From the NCBI GenBank assembly GCA_965229715.1, contig CBDDJL010000001.1, positions 138,725 through 202,724 of the forward strand: a DNA stretch of 64,000 bases. The letters run 5' to 3'. The stretch's first letter is position 1; every line of letters begins with the position of its first letter. The DNA comes from Rhodospirillales bacterium. Lineage in GTDB: Bacteria; Pseudomonadota; Alphaproteobacteria; Rhodospirillales; Casp-alpha2. Below, piece by piece: positions 1-8,468 of this stretch. A program made the translations under genes and the position numbers. A model generated the notes under the pieces. That model saw only the letters and a list, made by a program, of their open reading frames with translations. It searched no databases and had not been told where the DNA came from.

Positions 1-99
1 TTGGGACGGCGAAGCACAGTTGCGGTCCACACGCATACTCGCAACGAAAACAATCCTTATACGTAGCGGTCGTCGGGAGAACATGAGACGACGCCAGAG

Positions 100-930
100 C
101 CAATAGGGCTCCCTTCATTCTCCGCGAGCGATGGTGTGTTTCATGCTTCCAAACGGTGGGAGCTTTCATATGGGCGGGTGCTACGACCTGATGGACTTTG
201 AATGGTCGGTGATAGAACCTCTTCTTCCCAACAAGCCGCGTGGCGTTCCGCGTATTGACGACCGGCGGGTGTTGAACGGTATTTTCTGGGTCTTGCGCTC
301 GGGCGCCCCATGGCGCGATCTGCCGGAGAGCTATGGCCCTTACACGACCTGTTACAATCGCTTCAACCGCTGGCGCAAGGCAGGCGTCTGGGGCCGCATC
401 ATGGGCGCGGTTTCCGAAGCTTACGACGGTGACATCCAGATGATCGACAGTTCCGTGGTGCGCGTTCATCAGCATGCCGCCAACGTAAAAAAACGACTAA
501 GTTCACTGTATGGGCCGTAGCCGAGGAGGACTGATCACCAAAGTCCGTGCCCTCACCGATGCCCGTGGCCAGCCCATCAAACTGGCCCTCACCCCCGGCC
601 AGGCTCACGACGCCGACGGCGCAGCAATGCTGTTGACCGATCTCGCCGACGGCGGTGTCGTTCTCTGCGACAAAGCCTACGACGCGGACTGGATCAGGGA
701 GCGGATCGAGTCCCAGGGTACGGCACCGAATGTTCCCGACAAGGCCAATCGCAAGCAGCGCCACTGTTTCTCCAGGGTTCATTATAAAGAGCGCAATCAA
801 ATCGAGCGCTTTTTTGACCGGATTAAACATTTTCGCCATGTCGCCATGCGGTTTGAAAAACTCGCCGCTAATTACCTTGCGATTATAAAGCTGGCATCAA
901 TCCGAGTTTGGCTTCGTATCCCAAAAACCC
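100..930 (+). mobile_element. Degenerate IS5-family (IS427-group-like) insertion sequence remnant; both ends approximate
   Basis: Two consecutive ORFs carry IS5/IS427-type transposase signatures (LLPNKPRGVPRIDDRRVLNGIFWVLRSGAPWRDLP; GRSRGGLITK; DKAYDADWIRE; RNQIERFFDRIKHFRHVAMRFEKLA). I could not identify terminal inverted repeats by eye. Confidence 0.6.
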
Positions 931-1073
931 GGCATGGTTTGCTTCGACCATGGTCTGCTTTCAGGGCAAGAGCAGCCAGGATAGGCTCTGACGCTGAACA
1001 GCCGGGTTTAGCCATTCTCCGAATATCGATAGAAAGCCTGTTTACTGCTACTAGCCAACCGATGCCGATATAG
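131..1073 (+). pseudogene. IS5/IS427-type DDE transposase, disrupted (two frames, internal stop, probable 3' truncation)
   Basis: ORF A (frame of nt 131) stops at 518-520. The ORF B frame is +1 relative to ORF A and is open only from nt 501. The transposase-like reading K-N-D in the ORF B frame at 489-497 is cut by TAA at 498-500. Family-like sequence ends at ...ASIRVWLR (~nt 917), then about 50 unrelated codons follow. Confidence 0.6.
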
Positions 1074-1120
1074 GCAAAGTGCCGAATCCTCTCCCTCTTC
1101 GCATCAACATCAACATAAGC

Positions 1121-2254
1121 ATGAGCTTCTTTCGACACCTCATAAACGCAATCGCGTTTCAACACCTGGAACGGACGCGCCGTCGGGTCATATTCTACTC
1201 CGAGGGCGGGCACGACTGGCCGCACTTGGAAGGCCTGCTCCGTGCCTGCCTTGCAGAAATCACCGGCGCGATTGTCTATTTGTCATCGAGCGACGACGAT
1301 CCCGGACTAACCATGACGGCGCCGAATCTGCATTGTTACGGTATTGGCGGTGGCCGGATTCGCGACTGGCTCTTCGAGCATATCGATGTCGACGTAATGG
1401 TGCTGACAATACCCGATATTGACAACTTTCAGGTTAAGCGCTCGCGTCACGATGTCCACTATGTCTATGTACAACACTCACTGGTCAGTCTTCACATGGT
1501 GTACAGGCTCGGGGCCTTCGATCACTACGACACGGTGTTTTGTGCCGGGCCGCACCATCGAGAAGAGCTCCGTACCATGGAACGCGTATACGCCACTGGC
1601 GCAAAAATCCTGGTCGATCATGGTTACGCGCGGCTGGATCAAATCGTCGCCGATCGTTTGACCCGGCCGAGACTGGTCAATTCCGACCGGCCACTACACG
1701 TTCTGATCGCGCCATCGTGGGGGCAGAATTGCATCATCGAATCAATGGGCGAGGACATTATCGACATTCTTCTAGCGGCGGGGATGCAGGCCACCCTGCG
1801 GCCCCATCCGCAAACGCTCAGGACCTCTCCGGCAACGATCCAAAACATTCGTGATCTTTTTCTTGGCCATCCGCTGTTCAAAATGGATTTCGACGTGGTC
1901 GGCGAGGAGTCGCTGCACCGGTCCGACGTCATGATCAGCGATTGGTCCGGTGTCGCGATCGAGTACGCATTGGGTCTCGAAAAACCGGTTGTCTTCATCG
2001 ATCTGCCTCGCAAGGTGAACAACAAAACGTACCACCGTGTCGGCCTAGAGCCGCTTGAGGTATCGATCCGCGAAAAGGTCGGCATTGTCATACCATCCGA
2101 CGATCTCGCAGGATTGCCGGGCACGATTCAGCGGCTTGTGGCGGAAAGTCCGCAATGCAACGACATTGGAAGCCTGCGTAACGAGCTGGTGTTCAATCTT
2201 GGGTGCCAAGACGACGTCGGTGCCCGATACATCGCTGCCCTGTTGGGAGAATAA
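1121..2254 (+). CDS. TagB/TagF-like CDP-alcohol (glycerol/ribitol-phosphate type) phosphotransferase family protein
   Basis: Motif order resembles the Glyphos_transf fold: HYVYVQHSLVS, LIAPSWG, LRPHPQT, MISDWSGVAIEYALGLEKPVVFID. ATG at 1121 (MSFFRHL); the ORF also opens at GTG 1079. It is convergent with the minus-strand operon. Confidence 0.6.
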   Translation: MSFFRHLINAIAFQHLERTRRRVIFYSEGGHDWPHLEGLLRACLAEITGAIVYLSSSDDDPGLTMTAPNLHCYGIGGGRIRDWLFEHIDVDVMVLTIPDIDNFQVKRSRHDVHYVYVQHSLVSLHMVYRLGAFDHYDTVFCAGPHHREELRTMERVYATGAKILVDHGYARLDQIVADRLTRPRLVNSDRPLHVLIAPSWGQNCIIESMGEDIIDILLAAGMQATLRPHPQTLRTSPATIQNIRDLFLGHPLFKMDFDVVGEESLHRSDVMISDWSGVAIEYALGLEKPVVFIDLPRKVNNKTYHRVGLEPLEVSIREKVGIVIPSDDLAGLPGTIQRLVAESPQCNDIGSLRNELVFNLGCQDDVGARYIAALLGE

Positions 2255-2315
2255 TGGATGCCGTTGCGGACATCCGGATGTCAGCGGCGCTCTTTGCGAT
2301 TTCACTTCTCGAATT

Positions 2316-3101
2316 TCAAGCGGGATCGACCGTGCAAAATGAGGAAAGGTTACCGGATTCTACCATTGCGTGGTAACATTCGAGGTCCTCGACCGTGTCG
2401 ACCTCGAGCCAGCCATTGGAAACGCCAACGGCCTCGACCGGCCAGCCGGCATCGATCAGCAACTGCAGAAAACTGGTCATGTACATACCGTCGAAGGGCT
2501 TGCCGTCAACTTCCAAAGATCGATCAAGGCCGTCGAAAAATGCCGTCATATCTCGAATCCTATCGCCACGAATCTTGATTAGCCCCGTGTACTGGCCCTG
2601 GATCTGATCGTATCTCTCTGGCTTCTTGCCGAGCTCGGTTACATATCCCTCGCGATCGATCAACAGTGTCTCAGCATCCGAAAGCGGGTCGTCCATCCGG
2701 CTTTCCCAGTAGCGGCGCCAGTCGAGATCGATCATCAAGGCAATGTCGGACCCGCAGTTCAAGACCGCCTGAAGATTTTCCGGTTGGTAGATAATATCAC
2801 CGTAGGAGATGACAAGATCGGTTTCGCCAACAAAAAACTGACGCGCGCAGAATAATGTTGCGACCATGTTGGTTGACGCAAACCTCGGATTGACGGTGAC
2901 GTCGACGCCAAGCGCCTCAATCTGTTCGGCTCGGTATCCGGCGGCGACGTGAATCGGTTCAACGCCGCATGCGCGAAGCACATCCATCTGTCTTTCCAAG
3001 AGTGACCGACCCAATAGCTCGACGAGACATTTTGGCCGATTATCCGTGAGGGGTCTCAATCTCTCGCCTTGACCGGCTGCCAAGATCAACGCTCGGGTCA
3101 T
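2316..3101 (-). CDS. LicC/Cj1416-like nucleotidyltransferase (cytidylyltransferase type)
   Basis: N-terminal NTP-transferase signature MTRALILAAGQGERLRPLTDNRPKCLVEL. Size is 261 aa. There is a 4-nt start/stop overlap with the upstream gene. Confidence 0.8.
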   Translation of the reverse strand: MTRALILAAGQGERLRPLTDNRPKCLVELLGRSLLERQMDVLRACGVEPIHVAAGYRAEQIEALGVDVTVNPRFASTNMVATLFCARQFFVGETDLVISYGDIIYQPENLQAVLNCGSDIALMIDLDWRRYWESRMDDPLSDAETLLIDREGYVTELGKKPERYDQIQGQYTGLIKIRGDRIRDMTAFFDGLDRSLEVDGKPFDGMYMTSFLQLLIDAGWPVEAVGVSNGWLEVDTVEDLECYHAMVESGNLSSFCTVDPA

Positions 3102-3730
3102 TTCAGGTACCGCTTCAAAAATGCAAGGTCTCTCTCACGTGGAGGATCTTCACGTTCCGGGTGCCACATGATTCCGGAAATCGCCAGCGAGTCGTGAACA
3201 AAGGCTTCGACATTTCCGACACCGTCGAACGCGACCGGCACAAACCCGTCGGCGACACCGTCTCCGGCAATCGTCCAGTCGTGAAAGCTGTTCACATGCA
3301 CGTCGATCAAGGGCTCGAAGCCACGTGCGACAGAGAGATCGTGTCGGCAACCGGCATGATTCGCAACGGCGACCAATGTGCCACCAAAATATACATTGAC
3401 GACCTGCATGCCGCGGCAAACGCCGATTGCCGGTATCGAACGCCTCACCACCTCGTCGAGCAGGGCAAATTCGAAAGCGTCGCGTTCGGGCGCGGCATCC
3501 GGCGATTTTGCATCGACGGCACTCAAGGAGTTGCCCCCACTGAGGATGACACCCGCAAGATCCATGGAGTCGAGATAATCGCCAACGGCGGATGGGTCGA
3601 TATTGGGAAGCGGCATCAGCGCGAACCCTAGGACTTGGCACATCGTTGACCATCTCTGGTCGAGACTGTCCCGCCGTTCGCCGCGGTCCGAGACGCTTAC
3701 GACGCGCTGCGTAACGCCAAGCCTCTTCAT
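3098..3730 (-). CDS. Class-I glutamine amidotransferase-fold / peptidase C26 gamma-glutamyl hydrolase family protein
   Basis: Nucleophile-elbow motif AIGVCRGMQVVNVYFGGTL and the His/Glu region ISGIMWHPERE. Translationally coupled on both sides by 4-nt overlaps. Confidence 0.8.
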   Translation of the reverse strand: MKRLGVTQRVVSVSDRGERRDSLDQRWSTMCQVLGFALMPLPNIDPSAVGDYLDSMDLAGVILSGGNSLSAVDAKSPDAAPERDAFEFALLDEVVRRSIPAIGVCRGMQVVNVYFGGTLVAVANHAGCRHDLSVARGFEPLIDVHVNSFHDWTIAGDGVADGFVPVAFDGVGNVEAFVHDSLAISGIMWHPEREDPPRERDLAFLKRYLK

Positions 3731-6717
3731 TCGACTTCCCTCAAAACCTGCCCCGCGCAGTCCAGATCGAGACGCCGCATCCGACAGATCCTCTCGTACA
3801 GCACGGTACCGACACCGATGGCTGCCGGCAGTCCGGTCTCAGCGGCGCGAATGGCCATATGCGAGTTCGCGCCGCCATACTTCGTGACCAATCCGGAGAT
3901 GTTCCGGCTCATAAGCCAATCGTAACCGGGATCGGCCTGCTCGATCACCACGATATGCCCGTCAATGTTTGACTTCGGCGACGAACCGTAGACGTGAACA
4001 GGTGCGACAGTTCGAATTTTCGAAACGAAATTTGGTTGCGCCAAGTGACGTTCGAAGCAGTAGAAGTCACCGGTTTCCCGGAGCAGCGGCGGCAGTTCCG
4101 CCAAGGCGCAAATCAGATGCTGCTGCTTACGGTCTTCCATTCGCTCACGCATGCCTTCGAGCGAGAGAGCGTTGAGCCGATATTGCTCCAAGTCGGCGAA
4201 CTCGACAAAGGAGAAGTCGTCGCGCGTGATACCCAGCAACTGGGCCAGTTCGACGAACGAATCCAAGGCATTGCTCAAGCTCCGTGTGAACTCAAGCTTG
4301 ACCCACTCCCTCGCCTCAATCGCCTCCCGAATGAACGAGATAAGGCGGTCCGGCGACCAATCCGACTCCAACTCTGTCAAGGCGCCCGCGATGGCTGACA
4401 GCTCGTCGTGTCGGAATTCAAACGGCGTCACATCCTCTTCTACCGCTTCGCCGCCGCCCGAAAAGTAGAAGTCAGGCGCCTCCCAGTATGCCGGGATGCA
4501 GATCTCGTAGGTTCCCGGGCGAAGATGGCCAAATCTCTCCAGGATGTCGTTGGGCGGTGTGGCGCCATCCCATCCCGTCGACCGGACAGCGCTAAACTCT
4601 TTGGATACAGTTCGGATGCCATGGAGGAACTGCTCGGTACGCTCCGAGCGCAATACACCGCAATTTTCAAATCCTCGAAGCATTTGGGTGGCGACGAACG
4701 CCGCCCTGGCGGCATGGCAGAAGGCCGGCGTTCCCAATGTCTTACAATCCTTTAGTAAGACGAGCGCGCGATCTAAGGGGGAAAGGTCGGATGACAATGT
4801 TTGTTTTCGCCGTCGATCTAGGTGCTGCAATGGCGCCGTGTCACCATATAGACGGCTCAATCCGTTTCGGGTTAGAACTTTGAGAGTCCCCTCAAGCACG
4901 TCGATGTCCTCGCTCGTCATACCACGCGGCAAAAGGCGCTTCTCAGCCACGTCTCGGAAATCGGGGGTCCATGCTGACAAGACGACAGCGAACTCGACCT
5001 TGTCGTGAAGTTCAGGATTTTCTGCGAGTATATTAAGATAAGCGTTGACCAGCCGACGGGCCGTGTTTTCGGGTAGGTCGGCCGGTACGAACGAGTTAAA
5101 ACTCGCGCGCACGTCGACGTAGGGTTGCCCAAGAAATGAACGGATCAATGGGTGCGATCGGACGTCCCGATAACCGTAGTCCGCCCGCTGCGCCGCCCAG
5201 ATGTCATCCGTGATAAGGTGACGATACAGACTGTATGCCAACGGTCGTGGTTGGACACCGATAATTTCGGCCGGATTCCAGTCTGGCATGTTGCCAAAGA
5301 TCGCACGTTCCCCGACCACGGACGGTACTTCATTTTGACACCCCTCGAACTCGTCGGCGCTGGATTCCAACTGGTGACGGAAACAATCGTCCTCAATTTC
5401 GAACGCGCTATGGTCAACGGTTATTGGCCGGACCTGAAAGACGAACACCTCGCCTGTCTTAGAGAGGGCGAACTCCACGTCCAGTTTGTCGTACCCTAAC
5501 AGCTGTTCGAGTTCGCGCACGGCGCAAAGCACCGGCATCAAGTGTGGCGAAACCTGTTCAAGCCGTTCCGATTGGAATCGACTGATCACCACCGCTGGAA
5601 GACCAACGCCAAGACCGCTGGTGACCGAGTCAACGACAGTATTGGCGCAGTCATAGTTGATGCAATAGTACGGCGCCCCGGTTGCCAGGCTCCGCGTCAA
5701 AACGACACCCGCGTAGGCGGCATTCTCTAGGAATTGCTGAATCAGAATTTGATCTGTGTCTGAGGCCGCGCCCCTATAGGAAGATCGGACCGCTTCGATC
5801 GCCTCCACCACATCGCCGCGGCTGAGTCCGTCGACGTTGACGACGCTTTCAAACCGGCCGGCGTTGGAGTTCTTCCAACCGTCTTCAGCAGCAGCGCTGC
5901 TTCGAACGACGAGTCTCGCTCCGTCGAATACCCGCTGAATCTCAGTAAGAACGCTTTCCGAATCGGAGTCCCACTTCCCGAGCGTGAACGCAACCTGACG
6001 ACCGATCGTCGATTTCTGAACGATCGATTCCAGACGAGAGAGAGTCTCCGCTTTGGTGCCAAGGATGAAACGGGCAAGGTCGGGCGGCTCGTTGAATTCG
6101 GCCCAATGACCCTCGACATCAACGATCCGCGGTACGAAACCCTGATCAACTAGGTGGTGAACGAGATCAACCAGGGTCGTGCCGATCTTGTCAGCGGCAA
6201 TGCTGGCGAGGTGTTCGACCACGTCAGGTCGAAAGCATGCGAGTCCGGCGAACTCGACCGTCCCGGTCATATGGTCGGAAAGCTGCGAAAGGTCGACGGT
6301 CTCGGCAATGTCCCGGTCGCTTTGCGGCCTGCCATCGAAACGGCGCTCCCACAGTGAATCGATGGCGATCGAGAAATCACCCCCGTCCCGGGCGAGTTCG
6401 CGGATCACATGGGGACGGAAAACTGTGTCCGAGTAACAAACAACCACCGTATCGCCAGAGAACGGTGCCGATAGAAACGTCTTGAGCACCGACCCGGTTT
6501 CCCAATCGGGAACCACTAGAACACTGAGATCGGGGTATCGGTCGATAACTTCCTCGACGTGATAGCCTCCGAGGAAGCGAATATGCGTCACCTCCTCCAG
6601 GTTCTCGAAACCGTGAAGTTGCCAGTCGATCGCGCGCGTCGTGGCATTGATTAACTTGAGCGCTGCTGGTTTGATGCCGCGCGACGGCCGGCCCGCACCT
6701 AGAAGATAAACATCCAC
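3727..6717 (-). CDS. 996-aa fusion: nucleotidyltransferase-like domain + PPDK/PEP-synthase-type ATP-grasp + swivelling phosphohistidine (PEP-utilizer mobile) domain; candidate amide/small-molecule kinase
   Basis: N-terminus MDVYLLGAGRPSRGIKPAALK. ATP-grasp region LVVRSSAAAEDGWKNSNAGRFESVVNV and IQQFLENAAYAGVVLTRS. C-terminus VTKYGGANSHMAIRAAETGLPAAIGVG. I recognised no PEP/pyruvate TIM-barrel domain. Confidence 0.8.
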   Translation of the reverse strand: MDVYLLGAGRPSRGIKPAALKLINATTRAIDWQLHGFENLEEVTHIRFLGGYHVEEVIDRYPDLSVLVVPDWETGSVLKTFLSAPFSGDTVVVCYSDTVFRPHVIRELARDGGDFSIAIDSLWERRFDGRPQSDRDIAETVDLSQLSDHMTGTVEFAGLACFRPDVVEHLASIAADKIGTTLVDLVHHLVDQGFVPRIVDVEGHWAEFNEPPDLARFILGTKAETLSRLESIVQKSTIGRQVAFTLGKWDSDSESVLTEIQRVFDGARLVVRSSAAAEDGWKNSNAGRFESVVNVDGLSRGDVVEAIEAVRSSYRGAASDTDQILIQQFLENAAYAGVVLTRSLATGAPYYCINYDCANTVVDSVTSGLGVGLPAVVISRFQSERLEQVSPHLMPVLCAVRELEQLLGYDKLDVEFALSKTGEVFVFQVRPITVDHSAFEIEDDCFRHQLESSADEFEGCQNEVPSVVGERAIFGNMPDWNPAEIIGVQPRPLAYSLYRHLITDDIWAAQRADYGYRDVRSHPLIRSFLGQPYVDVRASFNSFVPADLPENTARRLVNAYLNILAENPELHDKVEFAVVLSAWTPDFRDVAEKRLLPRGMTSEDIDVLEGTLKVLTRNGLSRLYGDTAPLQHLDRRRKQTLSSDLSPLDRALVLLKDCKTLGTPAFCHAARAAFVATQMLRGFENCGVLRSERTEQFLHGIRTVSKEFSAVRSTGWDGATPPNDILERFGHLRPGTYEICIPAYWEAPDFYFSGGGEAVEEDVTPFEFRHDELSAIAGALTELESDWSPDRLISFIREAIEAREWVKLEFTRSLSNALDSFVELAQLLGITRDDFSFVEFADLEQYRLNALSLEGMRERMEDRKQQHLICALAELPPLLRETGDFYCFERHLAQPNFVSKIRTVAPVHVYGSSPKSNIDGHIVVIEQADPGYDWLMSRNISGLVTKYGGANSHMAIRAAETGLPAAIGVGTVLYERICRMRRLDLDCAGQVLREVE

Positions 6718-6744
6718 GACAGAACAGGTTCCGAATATCGTGCC

Positions 6745-6963
6745 TCAGCGACCGTCAGTTTCTTCTTTATTGGACCCGCGCGAGAACAATGATTTGATTT
6801 TGTACCAGAAGGTCTTGAAGAAAAGCCCGACGGCAACGATCGTGCCGATGAGGGCTGACATGATGGCGCTGCCGGAGCCGGGATCAATATAGGCAGCCGC
6901 TTCGTCGGGCCCGATCACCCAACAGAACACGGCACCGAGCATTAAGATTGCGAGCCTTGTCAT
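6745..6963 (-). CDS. Small (72 aa) membrane/secreted peptide with a YIDPGSGS motif followed by a TM helix
   Basis: ATG at 6963 gives MTRLAILMLGAVFCWVIGPDEAAA (signal-like), then YIDPGSGSAIMSALIGTIVAVGLFF (TM), then a basic tail. The longest ORF opens at TTG 7023. Coding status rests on operon position and hydrophobicity pattern only. Confidence 0.45.
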   Translation of the reverse strand: MTRLAILMLGAVFCWVIGPDEAAAYIDPGSGSAIMSALIGTIVAVGLFFKTFWYKIKSLFSRGSNKEETDGR

Positions 6964-7029
6964 GGTCGTGTATTCGTCCCTCGTTGCGTCATGTGATTGA
7001 TAAGGTGGTACATCACCAAACAAACCGTA

Positions 7030-8433
7030 TCAAACAATCCTGAACCCCAATGCGGCCAAAACCTCGCTTTTTAACGCGTCGTGCATGAAATGGTAGGTTG
7101 CGCCTTCCTCGGCGTTTTGCGGCTGTCCCTCAAGGTTGCGAAGGCCTAGATTTGCTCGAATCGTTCGACGAAGCATGTCCGCGCGTAGCCACGGATCGAC
7201 AAAACTGTACAGCGTTCTGTACAGCGTTGGGATGTCGAACGGTTGTTCAATGTTACCGAAATCAAGCGTTGGCATCCAACGTCTGGCCAACACCACGCCC
7301 GTATCGATTCCGGCGCTCATGATGAACGCGCTAGCGGAGGGACGTCCATGGATCAACACTGACCACAACAACCCATCAGCACCGCGTACGTCGGGAAGGT
7401 GACCGGGGTGTATGTGCACCATCGGCTTTTCCGGATGGTCCAAAAGTGAAGAGGGAACGATCCCACCGCCCGTGTAGAGGAGCGTCGTACTTGGAAGCAT
7501 TGACAAATAGTCGCGCAACGTCGGATCGGAAAGGCCGTCAATGAAGAGTTTGTCGACACGATCGGTGTATGTTCCGACATCATCCAACCGGCCGGATCCG
7601 ATGATGAGATTGGCGGGCAACGCGAAACGGGCCGACAAGAGCTCGACAACATCTTCGACCAATTTCGGGTGCTTGCCAGCGAGACGCTGTGGCCAGTAGT
7701 GGATGCGGTTGCGTTGAACGCTGGCCGCGTAGTTCCGACGAAGCGAATTCGGCAGCCACCGACCCAATATTTTCCCATCCGTCACGTCCCGTTTCGCGGT
7801 GAGGATGGCAACTCGCTCCGGTCGGACTCCCATGAACCGCAGGACATCGAGATAGGCCCGCGCGATCGGGCCCTCATGAAACAACACCGTGATCGGGAGT
7901 ACGCTGCCCTGGTCGCCCGGTCCAGTCGCCTCAAGATCACTGACGTCGTCCTTTGCGGGCTCGTCGGACGGTAGCCGAGCGGACATGGTAGACAAACTCT
8001 GCCGCAGACTTTCGGTCAATCGGTGCACCGACTTGGCGGCACATCCATTTGCCAGATCGGCGGCCTTGAGCGCGGTATTGAGGCGGCTCATGGTGACAGG
8101 CGTCGCGCCGTTCACCGAAGCGGTGGCGTAGAATTTGACGAGGACAGCGAACGCAAGCGCCGACAATCGCAAATCAATCGTCCCAAGTTCGCGCAACGGC
8201 TTGCCGTCCTCACCATAGGCCACAAACAGTTCGCCATCGATATTGATTTGTTTTGAGAGGTGAGCCAACCGGCGAGTTTCCGTCGGACCCCAGTCCTGGT
8301 GCTCAGCCAGTCCGAGCAGAACGTCGGCCGTGTCGATTGGTACGTTGGTTTCCACTGGCCTAGATACGTCACCAGCCAATCCGTTAATCGCGGCGTCGAT
8401 TTCCGCCTGATCCATCAAGTCTCGACAATCCAT
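7030..8433 (-). CDS. Two-domain protein: unknown ~190-aa N-terminal region + formyltransferase-fold (Fmt/PurN/ArnA N-domain-like) C-terminal region
   Basis: TLLYTGGGIVPSSLLDHPEKPMVHIHPGHLPDVRGADGLLWSVLIHGRPSASAFIMSAGIDTGVVL parallels the formyltransferase core (xNxHPSLLPxxRGxxPxxWAxxxG...D.G). Confidence 0.55.
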   Translation of the reverse strand: MDCRDLMDQAEIDAAINGLAGDVSRPVETNVPIDTADVLLGLAEHQDWGPTETRRLAHLSKQINIDGELFVAYGEDGKPLRELGTIDLRLSALAFAVLVKFYATASVNGATPVTMSRLNTALKAADLANGCAAKSVHRLTESLRQSLSTMSARLPSDEPAKDDVSDLEATGPGDQGSVLPITVLFHEGPIARAYLDVLRFMGVRPERVAILTAKRDVTDGKILGRWLPNSLRRNYAASVQRNRIHYWPQRLAGKHPKLVEDVVELLSARFALPANLIIGSGRLDDVGTYTDRVDKLFIDGLSDPTLRDYLSMLPSTTLLYTGGGIVPSSLLDHPEKPMVHIHPGHLPDVRGADGLLWSVLIHGRPSASAFIMSAGIDTGVVLARRWMPTLDFGNIEQPFDIPTLYRTLYSFVDPWLRADMLRRTIRANLGLRNLEGQPQNAEEGATYHFMHDALKSEVLAALGFRIV

Positions 8434-8468
8434 TTAACAACCACGACGCCTACCCGCGCCAATAGACA

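Noticed and set aside
487-493. The A7 run as a programmed -1 ribosomal frameshift site joining the two IS5-like transposase ORFs.
   Set aside because: ORF B is in the +1 frame, not -1. The -1 frame terminates at 532-534. The ORF B frame carries a TAA at 498-500 between the A-run and the conserved GRSRGG motif.
872-1225. A 117-codon minus-strand ORF between the IS remnant and the TagF-like gene, possibly a membrane-protein fragment.
   Set aside because: It overlaps both the transposase tail and the TagF-like start and has no recognisable motif. It is probably a chance ORF or an unidentifiable remnant.
2269-2282. The perfect 14-nt palindrome GACATCCGGATGTC between the convergent TagF-like and nucleotidyltransferase genes, considered as a terminator.
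   Set aside because: It has no loop (usable stem of at most 5 bp) and no adjacent T-run on either strand, so support for a terminator is too weak.
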